Assembly (NCBI GenBank): GCA_963827275.1 | Contig: CAWHAA010000005.1 | Location: forward strand, 576,001-640,000 | Direction of reading: 5' to 3' | Length of the DNA stretch: 64,000 nucleotides | Source: an uncultured Spirochaetota bacterium | GTDB taxonomy: Bacteria; Spirochaetota; UBA4802; UBA5550 | Part shown: piece after piece, positions 51,592 to 60,319 of the stretch | How positions within the stretch are numbered: the first letter of the stretch is position 1 | Layout of the letters: each line of letters begins with the position of its first letter | Made by a program: the position numbers and the translations under genes | Notes under the pieces: generated by a model | The model's input: the letters and a program-made list of their open reading frames with translations, nothing else | Told to the model about the DNA's origin: nothing | The model's database searches: none

Positions 51592-52500
51592 CTACCGCCG
51601 CTCCAGCGCCCTGAAGACGCAAGCATATTCGCCCTTCGCGTTCCAGGCGACCCACCCGCGCGCGCCGGTCGATTCCGCCCCGTCGATCTGGAGCGCAACG
51701 TAGCGCTCGAGGCCCACGCGGGCCCACCCTATGTTGTAGCCGAAGGCCTGGATGAAGGGCTGGACCGTGGCGCGGGTCCCTTTCACCCTCTCGAGCCCTC
51801 TGGCCGTCCCGTCCCGAACGGTCTCGCCGGGATTGGCCAGCCGGTCCCTGTCTCCGGTGAAATGGCTCGGGTAGAGCATGGGATAGATGACATCGGCATG
51901 TTTCGCGAAGTTTTCTATCTTCTGGCCGATGATGTCGTCGCGGTTGTACACGACCCTGCCGAAAAGGTCCGCGGAGAGCACGACCCCGCGCGCGTCTGCG
52001 ATCCCGCGCGCGCGTTTCAGGAGCCGGTCCACGAAATCGTACTTCGCTGAAAGGGCATAGAACGGGGCGCCGTCGGGGAAGCGGATATAATCGAGCTGGA
52101 CCTCGTCGAACCCGGCGGCCGCGGCCTCCTCGATCGTCGCGAAGAGGCGGTCCATCTGCTCCTCCGGCACCGGTAGCGATTTCAGCCCGTCCTGGAAGCA
52201 GACGACCCGCGCGGCGAGGTAGATCCCCTCGCGTTTCAGGTACCCGATCACGTCGCGGTTCATCCTCGTGCGGGCTGACATGAAGGGCTGGACGTCCATG
52301 ACAAGCATGTTGATGCCAAGGGGCTTCCCATCTTTCACCACCGCCCTGGCATAGTCCGGGCTGCAGGCCTGGCGGTTCGGCACGTACAGGCCGCGGAGCA
52401 GTCCCCGTCCCCCGCGCGGCGACATCCCCGCGGTCGAGCACGAGAGGCAGCCCATGGCGGCCGGGACAAGCAGGAGTATGATGACGCGCAGCCGGAGCAT
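51592..52500 (-). CDS. Putative glycoside hydrolase (DUF4015-like)
   Basis: ARVVCFQD, GFDEVQLDYIRFP, SADLFG, PMLYPSH, PFIQAF. Confidence 0.78.
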   Translation of the reverse strand: MLRLRVIILLLVPAAMGCLSCSTAGMSPRGGRGLLRGLYVPNRQACSPDYARAVVKDGKPLGINMLVMDVQPFMSARTRMNRDVIGYLKREGIYLAARVVCFQDGLKSLPVPEEQMDRLFATIEEAAAAGFDEVQLDYIRFPDGAPFYALSAKYDFVDRLLKRARGIADARGVVLSADLFGRVVYNRDDIIGQKIENFAKHADVIYPMLYPSHFTGDRDRLANPGETVRDGTARGLERVKGTRATVQPFIQAFGYNIGWARVGLERYVALQIDGAESTGARGWVAWNAKGEYACVFRALERR

Positions 52501-52501
52501 A

Positions 52502-53833
52502 TCAGGACATCGACTTCGCCCGCGCCGCGAGCTTTTCACGGAGCGCTGCCTCGTCTTTCGGAAAAGACCAGAGCATGACAAGAAGGAATATGCCGCATAC
52601 CACCCAGAAGAGGTTCGCTATATTAAAGGCGGTGAGCCTTCCGAACCTGACGATAAAAAAGCTGATGATGACCGGGCCGAAGCCCTTGCCCAGGTTGTCC
52701 GTAAGGTTAAAAAGGGCGAAGATGGAGCCGCGCGTCTCCGGCGTGTTCACGTTCAGGAGCATGGCTTTGACGTTCGGCCCGGTGATGGATATCAGGAAGC
52801 CGGTCACGAATCCGAGGGCCAGCGGTACCGCGACGTTCTGGTCGGCCGCGCCCGCGCTGCCCGGGTAATTGAGGAGGAGCGCCATGGGAATGATCCCTGC
52901 AAGGGTCGAGGCGCCGCACAGGAGCGGCAGGTATTTCGCCCCGATGTTGTACACCTTGTTCCCGAGCAGGCCGCCGATGAAGGCCCCCAGGATCGCGGCT
53001 CCGCCGATCACCATCACGATCAGGGTCGCCGCCTCCACCGAGAAGCCCTTGTCCTGGGAATAAAAATCATTCAGGTAGATAAAGAAGACGCCCCAGGGCA
53101 CGGTGCCCGGGATGCCCTGGAGAAAGGCGAGGATATTGCTTTTGACCCTGAAAAGCTCCCGGTACTGTTTCCAGTTGATCCTGCCCGTATATGCCATCCC
53201 CTTCTCGATAAGGTCCCGGAGGCTCTCTTCCGTGATCCCGCGCGGCGGCTCCTTCACGCTGAACAGCATGAGGGCGCAGAGGAAAAAATTCGGTATGGCG
53301 ACGATGATGAACGGGAGGCGCCATCCCATTGCAGGCCCGATGAAGCCGGCCAGGAGCTGTCCCCCGGCGATGCCGAGTCCCTCGGCAAGGGCGATCCAGG
53401 CCGTCGCCGTGGCGCGGTTGCCGTGGGAAAAATAATCCCCGATCATCGAGTAGGTAAGCGGGATGGCGCCGCCGATGCCGATGCCCGTCAGCGCGCGGAG
53501 CCAGAAGAGCTGTTCGTAATTCTGCGCGAAGCCGGTCAGAAGGCAGGGGATCTCCCCGATGATAATGACTGCGATAAAGAGTTTTTTTCTCGGAACGAGG
53601 TCGGTCAGGTAACCGATGCCCAGCGTTATCAGGCTGCCGAGCACCCAGAACACCGCCGATATGTTTCCCCCGAGCATGACGTCACGCTGAACGTCATCGA
53701 GCCCCAGGTCGCGCGCGATCTGGGTCAGGTTGGGCGCCATGAGGTTCTGGTCGGCAAACAGGAACAGGTTCATGAGGGCCAGCAACATCACGGCATAGAG
53801 CTCTCTGCCGACAAACCGGGCCTTCTTGTCCAT
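52502..53833 (-). CDS. MFS transporter (spinster-like)
   Basis: About 12 TM; FADQNLMAP, RALTGIG, WRLPF, EPPRG. Confidence 0.88.
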   Translation of the reverse strand: MDKKARFVGRELYAVMLLALMNLFLFADQNLMAPNLTQIARDLGLDDVQRDVMLGGNISAVFWVLGSLITLGIGYLTDLVPRKKLFIAVIIIGEIPCLLTGFAQNYEQLFWLRALTGIGIGGAIPLTYSMIGDYFSHGNRATATAWIALAEGLGIAGGQLLAGFIGPAMGWRLPFIIVAIPNFFLCALMLFSVKEPPRGITEESLRDLIEKGMAYTGRINWKQYRELFRVKSNILAFLQGIPGTVPWGVFFIYLNDFYSQDKGFSVEAATLIVMVIGGAAILGAFIGGLLGNKVYNIGAKYLPLLCGASTLAGIIPMALLLNYPGSAGAADQNVAVPLALGFVTGFLISITGPNVKAMLLNVNTPETRGSIFALFNLTDNLGKGFGPVIISFFIVRFGRLTAFNIANLFWVVCGIFLLVMLWSFPKDEAALREKLAARAKSMS

Positions 53834-53921
53834 CGGAACACCTCCGCGTGCGTTTTCCGGATCATGGCACGGCGTCGGCCCTCTGTCAATTCTTTAACCG
53901 GGCCTCCTGCCCTGCGCGACG

Positions 53922-55535
53922 TTATTCTTCCAGTATCAGCGCTTCATACGGTTCGATTTCAATCACGCTGCCCGGGTCCCCGCTCCTCCCGGCGGCGCTT
54001 GAGAGCACCACGCCCCCCGGCCGGAACCCATCAATGCGGAGCACCCTCTTTCTGCAGGAAAAATTCAGCGCCACGAGCAGGCACTCTCCGTCCCCTTCCC
54101 TGAAGAATGTCAGCACCTCCGGGTCCCCGCCGACAAACCGGAGGGAGCCGCGCTGGAGCGCCGGCCGCTTCTTTCGAAGCGCGATCAGCTCACGGTAGAA
54201 GCAGAGGAGGGAGCCCGGTTCGCCCATCTGCGCCGCGACATTCGCTTCCCGATAGTTATCGGTGACCGGGAGCCATGGATCAGAAAGGGAAAAGCCGGCA
54301 TTGGGCCCCGCCGACCACTGCATCGGCGTGCGCTCCGGGTCGCGCCCTCTATAGAAAGGCCAGTACTTCTTCCCGACCGGGTCCTGTATCCTGCGGCGTG
54401 GCACGCGCCCGTTCTTCATGCCGATCTCCTCGCCGTAGTAGAGAAATGGCGTGCCGCGCGCCGTGAAGAGCAGGGCCGCAAGCACCTTCGCTTTTTTCAC
54501 CCCGTACCTGTCGCGGCACCACCGGGTCATGCTGCGCGGCTGGTCGTGGTTATTGAGCACAAGGCTCGGCCATCCCCCGGCCGGGATCGCGGCGTACCAG
54601 CGCAGGAGACACTCGCGGAAGCGGGCCGCGCCGTACTTCGAAAAGAGGAGTGAAAAGTCAAACGCGAGGTGCAGCTCATCCGTGCCGCTGCCAAGGTACG
54701 ACGCGGCTGTCTTCACGCCGCCCGGCGACGCTTCGTAGGTCTCTCCAACCATCATGCGATTATCATACTCGTCCAGAACCTTCCGCAGCTCCCGCAGCAC
54801 GCCGTGGGTCTCCGGCCTGTTCTGGTCATACACGTGCTTCTGTAAATCGTAGGGCCGGGGTGCGTTGGGGCCCCAGCCGAACGGGTTGCTGCGGAACCGG
54901 TCGTCCTTGACGAGCCAGACGACCGCGTCGAGGCGGAAGCCGTCAACGCCCCGGTCGAGCCAGTAGCGTATCTCGCCGAACACCGCGTCGCGGAGCGCCG
55001 GGGTGCGCCAGTTCAGGTCAGGCTGCTCCTTCAAGAATGAATGAAGATAATACTGCCGGGTCGTATCGTCCCATTCCCACGCCCTGCCGCCGAAGGCCGC
55101 CATCCAGTTGTTGGGCGGCCTCCCCCTTTTCCCGTCATGCCAGATGTACCAGTCCCGCCTGGGATTGTCCCGCGAAGCACGGGACTCGACAAACCAGGGG
55201 TGCAGGTGCGACGTGTGGTTGATCACCAGGTCCATGACGATCTTTATCCCGCGCCGGTGCCCTTCGCGTATCAGGCGGTCAAAATCCTCATCGGTCCCGA
55301 ACACCGGGTCGATGCCGCGGTAATCGGAGATGTCGTATCCGAAGTCGAACATGGGAGAGGTGTTGATCGGCGAAAGCCAGATCGCGTCGATCCCGAGCCA
55401 TGACAGGTAATCGAGCTTTTCAATAATACCGGGGAGATCGCCCACACCGTCGCCGCTGGCGTCATAAAAGCTCCTCGGATAGATCTGGTAGATGGTGCCG
55501 TGCTTCCACCAGGTGAATTCGCCTGAATGCCGCAT
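53922..55535 (-). CDS. GH13 alpha-glucosidase (oligo-1,6-glucosidase-like)
   Basis: YQIYPRSF, DLVINHTS, GFRLDA, NHDQPR, YYGEEIGM, RTPMQW. Confidence 0.93.
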   Translation of the reverse strand: MRHSGEFTWWKHGTIYQIYPRSFYDASGDGVGDLPGIIEKLDYLSWLGIDAIWLSPINTSPMFDFGYDISDYRGIDPVFGTDEDFDRLIREGHRRGIKIVMDLVINHTSHLHPWFVESRASRDNPRRDWYIWHDGKRGRPPNNWMAAFGGRAWEWDDTTRQYYLHSFLKEQPDLNWRTPALRDAVFGEIRYWLDRGVDGFRLDAVVWLVKDDRFRSNPFGWGPNAPRPYDLQKHVYDQNRPETHGVLRELRKVLDEYDNRMMVGETYEASPGGVKTAASYLGSGTDELHLAFDFSLLFSKYGAARFRECLLRWYAAIPAGGWPSLVLNNHDQPRSMTRWCRDRYGVKKAKVLAALLFTARGTPFLYYGEEIGMKNGRVPRRRIQDPVGKKYWPFYRGRDPERTPMQWSAGPNAGFSLSDPWLPVTDNYREANVAAQMGEPGSLLCFYRELIALRKKRPALQRGSLRFVGGDPEVLTFFREGDGECLLVALNFSCRKRVLRIDGFRPGGVVLSSAAGRSGDPGSVIEIEPYEALILEE

Positions 55536-55777
55536 ACTCTGACCCCCGGACATGTTTGGTGTACCATACGTTGAATCTCTTCCCTTCATCTATAACCATG
55601 CATCACATCGGCTCACCGGGTATATATTTCATGTGTGATAGCATGGAAAACGGGCAAATGCAATACTAATTTGCCTGAAAAATCATCAAAATCTCTTAAA
55701 AAAACCCTGTATATCCCGTGTAAAAAAATTATCACCCGCACGGAAAAGATTTACCAGAATTATACCCTAACCCTAAG

Positions 55778-55938
55778 GGGGTCAGAGTAACCATGCCACC
55801 GATAACTATCGCCCCAACAGGGATCAGAGCAGCCATTCCACCGATAACTATCGCCCCAACAGGGATCAGCGCAACCATGCCACCGATAACTATCGGCCCA
55901 ACAGAGGCCAGAGCAGCCATGCCACCGATAACTATCGG
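55778..55938 (+). repeat. 42-bp tandem array (about 4 units) built from motif A - 8 nt - motif B
   Basis: CCGATAACTATCG at 55799, 55841, 55883, 55925, each preceded by a GGG(G/A)TCAG-type motif. Confidence 0.95.
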
Positions 55939-56041
55939 GCTGAAGCATGATCACTGCCAGCAATGTCAGAAAATTTTTTATCATCCGCCTCCCCTGTTCG
56001 TATACACAATAGCACCAAACCAGAAGCCAGAGGCTATTCCA

Positions 56042-56537
56042 ATGAATGAAATTATACCGGCCGAGACGATTATGCAAAAAATTTATATTATCAGGGGCAA
56101 GAAGGTGATGATAGACAGGGACCTTGCCGGGTTGTATGATATTGAGACAAAGCGGCTCAAAGAGCAGGTTAAACGAAACATCAACAGGTTCCCGGAAGAC
56201 TTCATGTTTGAACTGAGTTATAATGAGTTTGAGCACTTGAGGTCGCATATTGCGACCTCAAGATGGGGCGGCACGCGATATGCTCCCATGGCCTTTACTG
56301 AACAGGGGGTCGCCATGCTTTCGAGCGTTTTGAATAGTCCGCGCGCCATTCAGGTTAACATTCAGATTATCAGGGCTTTCGTGCATCTCCGCCGGATGAT
56401 CTCCTCCAGCGACGATCTACGAAAGAAAATCGAAGAAATGGAAAAGAGATACGACAAACAGTTCAAGATTGTTTTTGATGCGCTGCGGGAATTGCTCAGG
56501 GATGAACCAAATCCAAAAAAAGAAGATCGGGTTTTAG
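56042..56537 (+). CDS. ORF6N (KilA-N-like) DNA-binding protein
   Basis: IRGKKVMIDRDLA-LY, VKRNI-RFPEDFMFEL, AFTEQGVAMLSSVLNS; the typical KKIGF stop is restored by removing one A from the A7 run at about 56515-56521. Confidence 0.9.
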
Positions 56538-56544
56538 CGAGCGG

Positions 56545-57669
56545 CTACAGCGCATGCTTGCGTGCGAAGGCGATCCTCTTTTTTATCGAGGGGTGACTGT
56601 AGAACATGAACTCGGTCACCGGGTTCGGGTCACGGTCCGCGAGGTTCATCTCGGCCAGCTTTTCCATGGTCGAGATAAAGGCGTCCCGGTCGCGCGTGGC
56701 ATCGAGCGCGTAGCGGTCCGCTTCCCGCTCGTACCTGCGCGACAGGGCGTTCGAGAGGGGCATGGTGACCAGGCTGAAAAGGGTCAGGTAGAAAAGCAGC
56801 ACGGGGATGGCGGCGACATCATACACGTGCGTGTAGCCGAGGTACCCGAGGGTGTAGCGGTAGAGCTCGCCGCACAGGAAAAAAGAGAGGAAGATGCTGG
56901 CGCTCCCCAGCACGATAGACTTCACGATGTGCCGCTTCCGGTAGTGCCCCATCTCGTGGGCAAAGACCACGGCGATCTCATCCGGCGTGAAGCGCTCGAT
57001 CAGGGTGTCGCTCAGTATGATCCGCTTGCTCCTGCCGATGCCCGTGAATCCCGCGTTGGCCTTTTTCGTGTCCTTGCTCAGGTTGAACGAGTAGATCCCG
57101 CTGATGCTGATGCCCTGGCCCTCGAGCAGGCGCTCGATCCGGTCCCGTATCCCGTCCGATTCGAGGGGGCGGAACTTGTAGAAGATGGGGAATATGACCA
57201 CCGGGGCGATCCGGGCCATGAACACGGAGATGAAGAAAATGAACACGCTGAACCAGAGCCACCAGAGCCAGCCGGTCATCTTTAAGAATACATAAAATAC
57301 CACCGCGACCGGCAGACCAATGACTACGCTTATCGCCGCCCCCTTGATCTTCTCGATGAGCCAGGCGGCCACGGTCTGGTTCGAGAGTCCGAACCGGTGC
57401 TCCACGATGTAACCGCCGTAAAAATCGAAAGGGAAATCGATGAGTGAATAGAGGGCGCCGGTAACCGCGACGAAGCCGAGGAAGACCAGGTAATCATTGG
57501 CGACAACCCCGGACACGGCCCCGGCGATCAGGGGGGAGATCCCGCTGAAGGCCAGGAGCGCTATGATGACGATATTGAGCAGTATCCCGGCTATGGAAAG
57601 GCGCAGCTTGATTGTATTATACGCTTTTTCGCGGGGATGTTTTATTGTTTCTTCGGAGGGTTCAACCAT
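56545..57669 (-). CDS. M48 (Ste24-like) membrane zinc peptidase
   Basis: ANAGFTG, RIILSDTL, HEMGH, EREAD, SHP; start uncertain. Confidence 0.9.
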   Translation of the reverse strand: MVEPSEETIKHPREKAYNTIKLRLSIAGILLNIVIIALLAFSGISPLIAGAVSGVVANDYLVFLGFVAVTGALYSLIDFPFDFYGGYIVEHRFGLSNQTVAAWLIEKIKGAAISVVIGLPVAVVFYVFLKMTGWLWWLWFSVFIFFISVFMARIAPVVIFPIFYKFRPLESDGIRDRIERLLEGQGISISGIYSFNLSKDTKKANAGFTGIGRSKRIILSDTLIERFTPDEIAVVFAHEMGHYRKRHIVKSIVLGSASIFLSFFLCGELYRYTLGYLGYTHVYDVAAIPVLLFYLTLFSLVTMPLSNALSRRYEREADRYALDATRDRDAFISTMEKLAEMNLADRDPNPVTEFMFYSHPSIKKRIAFARKHAL

Positions 57670-57688
57670 TAAAGGGCTCCAGATATTC

Positions 57689-57720
57689 ATAAAGGCGGGG
57701 TCACGTGACCCCGCCTTTAT
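57689..57720. terminator. Perfect 32-bp palindrome after iorB
   Basis: ATAAAGGCGGGGTCAC-GTGACCCCGCCTTTAT. Confidence 0.7.
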
Positions 57721-57721
57721 A

Positions 57722-58301
57722 TTACGCCGTTGCCTTATACTCCCTGCCCATGCTGAAGGCCTTGAGGTTCATGTCGAGGAACTTCTCCTTGACCAGGGAC
57801 CTGATGGCCGCCTCCCACTGCTCCTCGGTAAACTCGAGGTCTTTCGAAAGGATGCCGAGCATGACGATGTTCAGCGCCTTTTTGGTGCCGATCTCTTTCA
57901 AAATCGGCCCGGTGTCGACAAAGACGGCCTTCTTCACGTTCTTCCCGACCCACTCCTCAATGTCGGACGGATATTTCATCGTCCCGGTCTCGCACCGGCG
58001 CCGGATTGACCTGCTCGCGGTTGACGATCAGCTTTCCGTCGGGGGCGAGGTAGTCGAGCTTCCTCAGCACTTCCAGGGTCTCCAGGCTCACGATGAAATC
58101 GGCCTCCTCCCTCGGGATGAGCGGGGAATAGACCTTCTCCCCGTACCGGACGTTGCAGTCAACGCTGCCGCCCCGCTGCGCCATGCCGTGCACCTCTGAT
58201 TCCTTCACGTCGTACCCGGCGTTCATGGCCACTTCCATCAGTATCTTGCTGGCCAGGATGACGCCCTGGCCGCCGACCCCGGCGAATATCACGTTCTTCA
58301 T
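57722..58301 (-). CDS. iorB: Indolepyruvate:ferredoxin oxidoreductase beta subunit, frameshifted near 57992
   Basis: AGVGGQGVIL, SEVHGMAQRGGSV, NIVMLG, NLKAF; two ORFs join on removing one base. Confidence 0.9.
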
Positions 58302-58311
58302 GCCCTGCTCC

Positions 58312-59874
58312 TTACTTCATCAGAATGCATTTTCTCTTCGATATGATGACCGACGGCTCGGGCGCGGCCACCTCTTCGCGTACGATGCGCTCGAACTCGT
58401 CCATGTCCTTCGGGTCGGTCACCACGACCCGCTTCACGCCGCAGGCCCTGACCAGCATTTCGAGGTCGAGCGCGTGGGTCTCTTCTCCCATCAGGGTCTT
58501 TCCCGTGGCAGGGTGGTCCTGGTGGCCGGTCATCGCCGTCCCCCGGTTGTCCAGGATGATGACCGTGCCGGTCCCCCGGTTATAGACCAGGTCGATGAGG
58601 GGGGTGATGCCGGAATGGACGAAGGTTGAATCGCCGATGACGGCCACGCTTCTGCGCGCCATTTCCGGGCCGTGCGCCTTCTCCATGCCGAGGTGCATGC
58701 CGATGCCGGCGCCCATGCACCCCTGGGTGTGCATCGCCGAATAGGGCGGGAGGGCCGCCAGGGTATAACAGCCGATGTCGCCGTTCACGTGCAGGTCGAG
58801 CTTCCCGAGCACCGTGAACACGAAGCCGTGCGGGCACCCCTTGCAGAGCGCCGGCGGCCGCGGCGGGATCGGCTCGGACTCGTATTTCGCGTATTTACCC
58901 GGGTGCGCCCTGCCGTTCAGCGCCTGGTCAACGATCTCCGGCGAGAGCTCGAAGCATATCGGGATGATCTCCTTGCCGGTGCAGGGGATACCGAGGGCCT
59001 TGACATAGTCCTCGATGAACGGGTCAAGCTCCTCCACCACGTACAGCTCCTTGACGCCTGCCGCGAACTCGCGGATCAGCTCGTCGGGCATCGGCCACAC
59101 CATGCCGATCTTGAGCACGGAGTCGTCCGGGCAGGTCTCCTTCACGTACTGGTAGGCCACGCCGTCGGTGATGATGCCCCGCTTCCTGCTCTTGCCCCAC
59201 TCGATGCGGTTGAGCCCGCTCGTGTTGGAATACTCCTTCAGCTTCTTCTGCTGTTCCTCGATGAACACGTGGCGCGGCCGCGCATGCACCGGCAGCATTA
59301 CGTATTTCTTGAAATTGCGTTCAAAGGGCTTCACCGGCACGTTTTGTTTCGGTTCGATCTCCACGATTCCCTGCGAGTGGGCGATCCGCGTGGTGATCCG
59401 GACGATCACCGGCCTGTCGAATTTCTCCGAAATATCGAACGCGAGCTTCGTGAAGTCCTTGCACTCCTGGGGGCTCGACGGCTCGACCATGGGCACTTTC
59501 GCGGCGCGCGCAATGTGCCGGTTGTCCTGTTCGTTCTGCGAGCTCCACGCGCTCGGGTCGTCGGCGTTGATGATGACGAAGCCGCCGTTCACGCCGGTGT
59601 AGGAAAAGGTAAAGAGCGGGTCCGCCGCAACGTTCAGTCCGACGTGCTTCATGGCCGCCAGCGCCCTCGCCCCGGCGACCGAGGCGCCCGCCGCCACCTC
59701 GAGGGCCACCTTCTCGTTGGGCGACCACTGCGACTTGATGTCGCGGTACTCCCGCGCGATGGTTTCCAGGATCTCGGTGCTCGGCGTTCCGGGATACGCG
59801 GTGGCAACATGGCACCCGGCCTCGTACGCTCCCCGCGCGATGGCCTCGTTGCCCAGCAGAACCTTCTTTTCCAT
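58312..59874 (-). CDS. iorA: Indolepyruvate:ferredoxin oxidoreductase alpha subunit (no C-terminal ferredoxin domain)
   Basis: LLGNEAIARG, YPGTPSTE, MKHVGLNVA, RPPALCKGCPH, GDIGCY, GDSTFVHSG. Confidence 0.93.
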   Translation of the reverse strand: MEKKVLLGNEAIARGAYEAGCHVATAYPGTPSTEILETIAREYRDIKSQWSPNEKVALEVAAGASVAGARALAAMKHVGLNVAADPLFTFSYTGVNGGFVIINADDPSAWSSQNEQDNRHIARAAKVPMVEPSSPQECKDFTKLAFDISEKFDRPVIVRITTRIAHSQGIVEIEPKQNVPVKPFERNFKKYVMLPVHARPRHVFIEEQQKKLKEYSNTSGLNRIEWGKSRKRGIITDGVAYQYVKETCPDDSVLKIGMVWPMPDELIREFAAGVKELYVVEELDPFIEDYVKALGIPCTGKEIIPICFELSPEIVDQALNGRAHPGKYAKYESEPIPPRPPALCKGCPHGFVFTVLGKLDLHVNGDIGCYTLAALPPYSAMHTQGCMGAGIGMHLGMEKAHGPEMARRSVAVIGDSTFVHSGITPLIDLVYNRGTGTVIILDNRGTAMTGHQDHPATGKTLMGEETHALDLEMLVRACGVKRVVVTDPKDMDEFERIVREEVAAPEPSVIISKRKCILMK

Positions 59875-59875
59875 G

Positions 59876-60307
59876 TTATTCCCCTATAATATCTATCTTC
59901 TTAACGATCTGGTACCCTTCCTGCATCAGGGCCTTTTTTGCCGCCTCGATGTCATCGAAGCGGAAAATCATGACCGCCCTGTCGCCGCGCTTCTCCGTGA
60001 AGGCATACATGTACTCTATGTTGAGCCCCTTCTTGGAGAAGGCCTCGATGGCGCGGAGGAGCGAGCCCGGGGTATCGTCGATCTCTACGGCGAGGACCTC
60101 CGTGGTGGAGCAGGTGAAGTGCGATTCGTTCAGCGCCTTTTTCGCCTTGTCCGCGTCGTTCACGATCATCCGGAGTATGCCGAAATCAGAGGTCTCGGCA
60201 ATGGTCAGGGTAATGATATTGATATTCGCATCGGCAAGTTTTTTCAATACGCCCTGCAGATGCCCCGGTTTGTTTTCCATGAATACTGAGAGTTGTGTTA
60301 CGTTCAT
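59876..60307 (-). CDS. Tandem ACT-domain amino acid-binding protein
   Basis: QLSVFMENKPG, FGILRMIV, NIEYMYAF. Confidence 0.9.
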   Translation of the reverse strand: MNVTQLSVFMENKPGHLQGVLKKLADANINIITLTIAETSDFGILRMIVNDADKAKKALNESHFTCSTTEVLAVEIDDTPGSLLRAIEAFSKKGLNIEYMYAFTEKRGDRAVMIFRFDDIEAAKKALMQEGYQIVKKIDIIGE

Positions 60308-60319
60308 TGTATGCCTCCG

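Noticed and set aside
55778..55938. CRISPR array
   Set aside because: Units are similar along their whole 42-nt length with no unique spacers, and there are no cas genes in the window.
55732..56041. Repeat-peptide ORFs (MPPITIAPTG..., PIVIGGM...) and an N-terminal extension of ORF6N
   Set aside because: They are open only because the 42-nt unit is a multiple of three; ORF6N homology starts at ATG 56042.
56042..56537. Prophage
   Set aside because: ORF6N is solitary, with no integrase or phage structural genes nearby.
37576..58301. Programmed ribosomal frameshifting in the KimA-like, lipoprotein and iorB genes
   Set aside because: There is no shared slippery sequence, and the uniform +1 pattern is better explained by sequencing error.
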